Below, piece by piece: positions 59,053-64,000 of a stretch of 64,000 nucleotides of DNA. The DNA comes from Vampirovibrio chlorellavorus (GTDB lineage Bacteria > Cyanobacteriota > Vampirovibrionia > Vampirovibrionales > Vampirovibrionaceae): contig CAIPMU010000012.1 of assembly GCA_903866275.1 (NCBI GenBank), positions 6,452-70,451 of the forward strand, read 5' to 3'. The position numbers and the translations under genes are program-made. Each line of letters opens with the position of its first letter. Positions within the stretch are counted from its first letter, which is position 1. The notes beneath the pieces are model-generated. The model worked only from the letters and a program-made list of their open reading frames with translations. It did no database searches and was not told where the DNA came from.

Positions 59053-59964
59053 ATGAAAGTTCTAGTTACAGGCTCCACAGGGCTCGTGGGTACTGCCTTG
59101 ATCGACTTTTTAAAAATGAACGGACACGAGGTGGTTCGTCTGGTACGTCGCAAAGGTCAATTTGATGAACCCCAGGTGGCCTGGAACATCGAGAAGGGGC
59201 AACTGAACCCCGCCGATCTGGAAGGCCTGGATGCTGTGGTGCATCTGGCTGGCGAGAGCATTGCTTCTGGCCGCTGGAGTGACGCGGTCAAAAAGCGCAT
59301 TCGGGAGAGCCGGGTGAAAGGCACCCGTTTGCTCACGGAAACGCTGGCCAAGCTGGAACATCCGCCAGCCACGCTGGTTTGTGCCAGTGCCATTGGCTAT
59401 TATGGCGATCAGGGCGATCAGGCTCTCACCGAAGTCAGCAGTATTGGCAAGGGTTTTCTCCCCAATGTATGCCGCGAGTGGGAGGCTGCCTGTCAGCCAG
59501 CCCGTGATAAAGGCATTCGTGTGGTTAATACCCGGCTGGGTATTGTGCTCAGTCCTAAAGGTGGCGCATTAAAAGCCATGTACTGGCCCTTCCGTTTAGG
59601 GTTGGCCGGTGATCTGGGCAACGGTAAGCAGTATATGAGCTGGGTGGCCCTCTCCGATGTGGTGGGCGCCATTGATCATGTGTTACACCACCCTGAAATC
59701 TCCGGTCCGGTCAACGTGACGGCGCCGAACCCGGTAACCAATGGCGTGTTTACCAGTACCATGCGGCATGTGCTGATTCCTGCGTTTCTGCCGATGCACT
59801 ACTGGACGCCACCAGCCCCGGCCATTGCGGTGAAACTGGCGTTGGGAGAAATGGGTGATGCCCTATTACTGGCCAGCAGCCGGGTTTTTCCGGTGGTGTT
59901 GCAAGAAACCGGCTACACCTTCAAGGCCTCCATTCTGGAACCTGCCTTGAAAAGCATGATCTAG
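59053..59964 (+). CDS. TIGR01777/YfcH-like NAD-dependent epimerase family protein
   Basis: MKVLVTGSTGLVGTAL Rossmann N-terminus; about 300 aa with the conserved C-terminal DUF1731-like region. Confidence 0.75.
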   Translation: MKVLVTGSTGLVGTALIDFLKMNGHEVVRLVRRKGQFDEPQVAWNIEKGQLNPADLEGLDAVVHLAGESIASGRWSDAVKKRIRESRVKGTRLLTETLAKLEHPPATLVCASAIGYYGDQGDQALTEVSSIGKGFLPNVCREWEAACQPARDKGIRVVNTRLGIVLSPKGGALKAMYWPFRLGLAGDLGNGKQYMSWVALSDVVGAIDHVLHHPEISGPVNVTAPNPVTNGVFTSTMRHVLIPAFLPMHYWTPPAPAIAVKLALGEMGDALLLASSRVFPVVLQETGYTFKASILEPALKSMI

Positions 59965-60131
59965 TTTTTTCGGTTTGATTTAAAGTTCGGGAATCCATTG
60001 GGCTCAAGTATTCATGCGAAGCGCTGAATGGATTCCCCACACGGTTGTGAGTCATTGCATTGTGGGATTGTCTATATTGAATGCAGTGTGTGAGTGCCAT
60101 TGATGATCAGTCGTTACGATTTTAAAACCTG

Positions 60132-62246
60132 ATGAGGGGACCGCTTATACCGTCTTGTCTGGAAAATTTTTTAAACTGTTTTTATAACCGGTTATTACCG
60201 ACCCTGCTAACGGGCGTTTTTCTGGCTGTTTTATGGATGGGTGGGCAACTTACCGAACTTCGGGTGCATGATTTATTCATGCGATGGAGTGCGCAACCCG
60301 CCACCCACAGTCCGGTTACGCTGATCCTGATCGATGATGACTCACTGAATCGATTGAGATCACGTTTTGGTCCGCCCCCCTGGTCTCGTAACCGGTACCA
60401 ATCCGTCTTTCAGGCGGTTCAGGCTGCTAACCCTGCTGTAATGGTGTTTGACAGTTTTTATGTCGATGAACCGTTACCCGATAAGCCCTCTTTTTCTGAA
60501 GAGGCGATTCGTTTTCCGCATTTGATCACTGGATTTGCACTGGAGGCATTAAAACCGGATATTCATTTCTTTCAACGCTTGAAACAGTCTTTATTTCAGT
60601 CGCAGTCAGTGTCTTCCCGATATGGTGAATTATCATATCTCATGCAGGGCAACCTGCGTCTGGGGGTGATCAATGTGAATGAGGACGCGGATGGGGTCAT
60701 TCGTTCGATCTATCCACTCTTTCACAGCGGAACCCAATTTGGGGGTAAAACCTTAAGAGGGCTTACCTTACCCGCACTTTCACTGGCTGCAATGAACGAC
60801 TATTTTTTCTTTTCAGAGGCATACCTACAAGTGGCATCTACCGGGTTAAGTCATTCCAAGGTGGTTGCACCTGGCCACGTAGCTCGGGGAGCATTTCAAG
60901 GGAAAACCCAAACTGGAATTAGTCTTTCGTCTGCTCAAGCTTTTAATCAGCAAGTGTCAGGTTTACCCTTGCTGGTGAATGATCAGGGGGCGCTGAATCT
61001 GCGCTGGCAAAAACTAATGACGCATCGTTTTTCTGAGCCGGCTCGGAGTCATTTGGCCATCCCCCTGTGGCATTTCTTTGATAATCGATACCCCAAACCG
61101 GATCTCTCCGGTCGAATCGCCCTGATTGGCAGTTCTTCCATGTTTTACCGGGATTATCACAAGACACCAATGGCCAACCGTCATCTGGGCTCTGATATTC
61201 ATGCCACGGCCATCGATAATTTGTTAATGGGTCAAACCGTGCGTAAAGTCCCCGGCTGGCTGAATTTTATGATGCTGGTCCTGCTTTGCCCTGCCATCTT
61301 CCTGATTCGGGTACGTTATCCCAAAATCAGCCGGACGATGTTGTACACGTTGGGCTCTATGGTGATTTACAGCTGGTTGGCATACTGCTGTTTTGCCCTG
61401 GGGGGATGGTGGCTGGACGTACTCACCCCGCTTTTGTTTATGACGGTGGCTTTTATTGCGGGCAGCACCTACCGCATTTGCAAGAAAGAAAAACAGCTGG
61501 CGCACATGGAAAAAAACCTGTCTCAACTGGTGGACCCGGAAGTGTTTCGGGAAATTCGCCGCTTATCTCATGTGCTCGCGCCCGGCGGTCAAAAACTGGA
61601 AATTACCTCCATGTTCGTGGATATTCGGGATTTCACCCGGTTGGCTGAACATTTGCAGCCCAATGAGCTGACCGAATTGCTCAACGAATTCTACGGGGAA
61701 ACGGTGAAAATTATTTTCAGCCATCAGGGCACCATTGATAAATTCATGGGGGATGGCATTCTGATTATTTTCGGGGCGCCATTGCCCAACGTGCAGCATC
61801 GTCGAATGGCCTTGCAGGCCGGTGCCGAAATTTTAAGCGTCACGGGGCAGCTCTGTCAGCGCTGGCGACAAACGTTGGGCATTGACACTGAAATTGGCAT
61901 TACCCTGAACAGCGGTCCAGCCTTTGTGGGTTTTTTGGGACCTGCCAACAAGCTGGAGTACACGGGGGTGGGGGATACCGTCAACACCTGTATTCGCTTG
62001 CAGGAGCAAACCCGGCCTTGCCGGACCCGCTTTATTATCAGCGAGTCCACGCTGATTGAATTAGCCGATGTGAACGGGCTTTCAGAACTTCCCTCACCTT
62101 ATCTGTCGCTGGGCGAGGTGCGTATTCGGGGGCGGGAAGGGACGCTGCGGATTTTCACAGTTTCCGAGGCATTGAGTTCAACGTTACCGATGCAGGGTCA
62201 GCGTTCTCCTTCGGCCCTGACCCTGGAAGAAGCGTTGAAGGTTTAG
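60132..62246 (+). CDS. CHASE2-sensor class III adenylate/guanylate cyclase
   Basis: N-terminal TM, a periplasmic CHASE2-like region, three TM segments, then a cyclase domain (FVDIRDFTRLAE...KFMGDGILIIFGAP). Confidence 0.8.
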   Translation: MRGPLIPSCLENFLNCFYNRLLPTLLTGVFLAVLWMGGQLTELRVHDLFMRWSAQPATHSPVTLILIDDDSLNRLRSRFGPPPWSRNRYQSVFQAVQAANPAVMVFDSFYVDEPLPDKPSFSEEAIRFPHLITGFALEALKPDIHFFQRLKQSLFQSQSVSSRYGELSYLMQGNLRLGVINVNEDADGVIRSIYPLFHSGTQFGGKTLRGLTLPALSLAAMNDYFFFSEAYLQVASTGLSHSKVVAPGHVARGAFQGKTQTGISLSSAQAFNQQVSGLPLLVNDQGALNLRWQKLMTHRFSEPARSHLAIPLWHFFDNRYPKPDLSGRIALIGSSSMFYRDYHKTPMANRHLGSDIHATAIDNLLMGQTVRKVPGWLNFMMLVLLCPAIFLIRVRYPKISRTMLYTLGSMVIYSWLAYCCFALGGWWLDVLTPLLFMTVAFIAGSTYRICKKEKQLAHMEKNLSQLVDPEVFREIRRLSHVLAPGGQKLEITSMFVDIRDFTRLAEHLQPNELTELLNEFYGETVKIIFSHQGTIDKFMGDGILIIFGAPLPNVQHRRMALQAGAEILSVTGQLCQRWRQTLGIDTEIGITLNSGPAFVGFLGPANKLEYTGVGDTVNTCIRLQEQTRPCRTRFIISESTLIELADVNGLSELPSPYLSLGEVRIRGREGTLRIFTVSEALSSTLPMQGQRSPSALTLEEALKV

Positions 62247-62309
62247 GATCATTGTGGTTTTCGGATTGTGGACTTGCTCTGTGGCTTCTCAGGTCCTAAG
62301 ATAAACAGC

Positions 62310-63179
62310 ATGTTTGAATTGATTGAATATTCCGGGGCAGCCCGTTTTCCGATGCGGGCCGGTCGATTGAGGGTTCCCGACGATCGGGGCGATAACCGTG
62401 CCATGTTGTTCATTCCCGGTTTGGGGGGCTCGGTCAAAGGTGCGCTGGATTTTCTGGAGCAGTTGCAGCCCGCCTACCCAACCATTTACGGTCCGGATTT
62501 GCGTGGCTTTGGCCTGAACCCGCTGGAAACACCCCTGACTGGGGCCGATTTGCTCTTACCGGATTTGGAAGCGTTTTATCAGCAGGTGATTCTTCCCGCC
62601 GGGCATCAGGAACTGGTCTTGTGTGGCATCAGTCTGGGCGGGGTGTTGGCAACCCTGCTGGCGGCCCGCCATCCCGAACGGTTTAGCAAGGTCATTCTCA
62701 TGGCACCGGCCTATAAGCCGCATCCCAAAACCTTTACCCTGAGTTATACCTTGATCAACACGCTGGCCTTTTTGCTAAAAGGGAAAAAAGCGTTGACCCA
62801 ATTGCCCTATGGCATGGATGCTTTAACCACCAATCCGGCGGTGCTTAACGACACGCAATACCTGCACATGGAACCGCTGATTCTTAATGCGGGCTTTTTG
62901 TTGGGGGTGCGCGACCTCTGTCAGAAAGCTTTTTCAGAGATTCGCCAACTGCGCTTGCCGACCATGATGGTCATTCCCGGTCAGGATGTGGTGTGTGATC
63001 CTGCCGCGATGCGCGCCGCCTTTGCCCGTATTCCCGAGCAGACTGCCAATGTTTGTCAGGAGTACCCCGACTTTTACCATGATGTGCTGTTTGAGGCGGA
63101 GCATCCCCGGATTGCTGAGGCCCTGTTGCAGTGGGTGGATCAGTCGGTTTCGCTGGCGAGTTCCTTGTCGTCCATATAA
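62310..63179 (+). CDS. Alpha/beta-hydrolase fold protein
   Basis: Nucleophile elbow GISLGG, upstream HG-like motif and C-terminal His region. The ORF-track GTG start at 62268 has no SD. Confidence 0.7.
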   Translation: MFELIEYSGAARFPMRAGRLRVPDDRGDNRAMLFIPGLGGSVKGALDFLEQLQPAYPTIYGPDLRGFGLNPLETPLTGADLLLPDLEAFYQQVILPAGHQELVLCGISLGGVLATLLAARHPERFSKVILMAPAYKPHPKTFTLSYTLINTLAFLLKGKKALTQLPYGMDALTTNPAVLNDTQYLHMEPLILNAGFLLGVRDLCQKAFSEIRQLRLPTMMVIPGQDVVCDPAAMRAAFARIPEQTANVCQEYPDFYHDVLFEAEHPRIAEALLQWVDQSVSLASSLSSI

Positions 63180-63490
63180 GGCTGCACAAATTCCACCGAT
63201 TCCATGTTGATTTGCAAGAGTCCATAAGGCTTGGGGTTTTTCGCGCCTGTGATTCGATCGGTGACGATGACATTGGTCAGGGCCATAAACCGACGATCCG
63301 TATTCAGGAGGTTGGACAGGCGGCGTCCTTCTTTTCCCAGCCGGGGAAAGTGCAGAAAGCCTTCCAGACTAAATGACCGGGTTGAAACCACCACCCGCAA
63401 TTTGTCTGCTACGGGTTTTTGAAACTGGGTTAAATCCGTATCCAAAATCCTGCTCTCCCGTTGAACGCTCGTGCCATGCCCCGGGGCCAC
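63140..63490 (-). CDS. Hypothetical small protein (possibly Sm-like)
   Basis: 116-aa ORF convergent with, and overlapping, the hydrolase 3' end by 40 nt. I see only weak resemblance to cyanobacterial Hfq-like beta-strand patterns. Confidence 0.3.
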   Translation of the reverse strand: MAPGHGTSVQRESRILDTDLTQFQKPVADKLRVVVSTRSFSLEGFLHFPRLGKEGRRLSNLLNTDRRFMALTNVIVTDRITGAKNPKPYGLLQINMESVEFVQPYMDDKELASETD

Positions 63491-63747
63491 ACGGGTTATC
63501 TATGGTTTTAGAGTAGTCTTTTTTATGTGCCATCCACCTCCCCTAAACTCAGGAGCTCTGATGGAAGAATTTAAGATTGGAAAATGCTGGTTTCACAGGC
63601 TTGGGATTTTGGGTAAATCGGGCATAATAGAAGCAGATACTTTTTCCCTGAGTGATCCTCGGGCAGAGGTTTGTATTTCGGCCTGTTGCCTACGCTGACC
63701 TTTTGCCTGATGCCCTGTCCAATATCCATACCTGAGTGCTAATCCTG

Positions 63748-64000
63748 ATGTCTCCCTATCCTTCGCCATCATTTGATTTCCAGACGGCCTTGAGCCGTCT
63801 GCCGGAGTTGCCCGGTGTGTATCGCATGTACGGCGACAAGGGCACGCTGTTGTACGTGGGTAAGGCCAAAATCCTGAAAAACCGGGTGCGGAGTTATTTT
63901 CAGAACCCATCGGGAATGGCCCCCAAGGTGCAGGCCCTGATGCAACAGGTGGTGCGCTTCGATTACATTGTCACCGATTCGGAAATTGAAGCGCTGATTC
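63748..64000 (+). CDS. uvrC: Excinuclease ABC subunit C, N-terminal GIY-YIG domain (truncated by window end)
   Basis: LPELPGVYRMYGDKGTLLYVGKAKILKNRVRSYF is the GIY-YIG signature. Confidence 0.85.
   Translation, partial: MSPYPSPSFDFQTALSRLPELPGVYRMYGDKGTLLYVGKAKILKNRVRSYFQNPSGMAPKVQALMQQVVRFDYIVTDSEIEALI

Noticed and set aside
1-64000. CRISPR array, prophage, transposon or defence-island search
   Set aside because: I find no repeat-spacer array, and no integrase, transposase, reverse transcriptase, helicase/nuclease pairs, R-M methyltransferase signature or phage structural genes on either strand.

Overview
This is a 64 kb bacterial chromosomal segment of roughly 55% GC. It is coding-dense and carries housekeeping genes on both strands. 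Recognisable genes include hemB, gatA, rnhC (RNase HIII), aspS, a purL-purF operon, obg, an acyl-CoA carboxyltransferase and the start of uvrC. Genes whose products have membrane or envelope functions include a delta-9 fatty-acid desaturase, a PlsC acyltransferase next to an MFS transporter, an M23 peptidase, an M48 peptidase, an SLH-domain protein and a GH19 peptidoglycan hydrolase. Signalling genes include a GAF-type histidine kinase, a CHASE2 class III nucleotide cyclase, a LMW protein-tyrosine phosphatase and a GntR-type regulator. A surface-polysaccharide precursor cluster lies at 0.9-8.3 kb (NAD-dependent epimerase, UDP-ManNAc-dehydrogenase-like enzyme, two GT4 glycosyltransferases, UDP-GlcNAc 2-epimerase).

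The combination of a DesC-like desaturase, pentapeptide-repeat protein, SLH domain, CHASE2 cyclase and type IV pilin-like gene weakly suggests a cyanobacteria-related (possibly non-photosynthetic) lineage. I have low confidence in that.

I found no CRISPR array, tRNA, rRNA, transposase, integrase, reverse transcriptase or classical defence genes.

The least explained parts are three low-GC accessory patches:

- 38.9-41.5 kb holds two divergent tandem paralogs, each a separate transcription unit, that share a conserved promoter and leader module with an overlapping upstream mini-ORF.
- 46.6-54.6 kb sits between obg and the carboxyltransferase gene. It encodes a FliK-like Flg_hook-domain protein, a type IV pilin-like protein, a 922-aa signal-less subtilisin-like/RTX protein, two small paralogous membrane proteins and a Cys-motif protein, with palindromic elements in the AT-rich spacers.
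- 24.5-26.6 kb encodes four consecutive small proteins of unknown function.

Several ORF-track starts appear too long; my corrected starts are given per feature.
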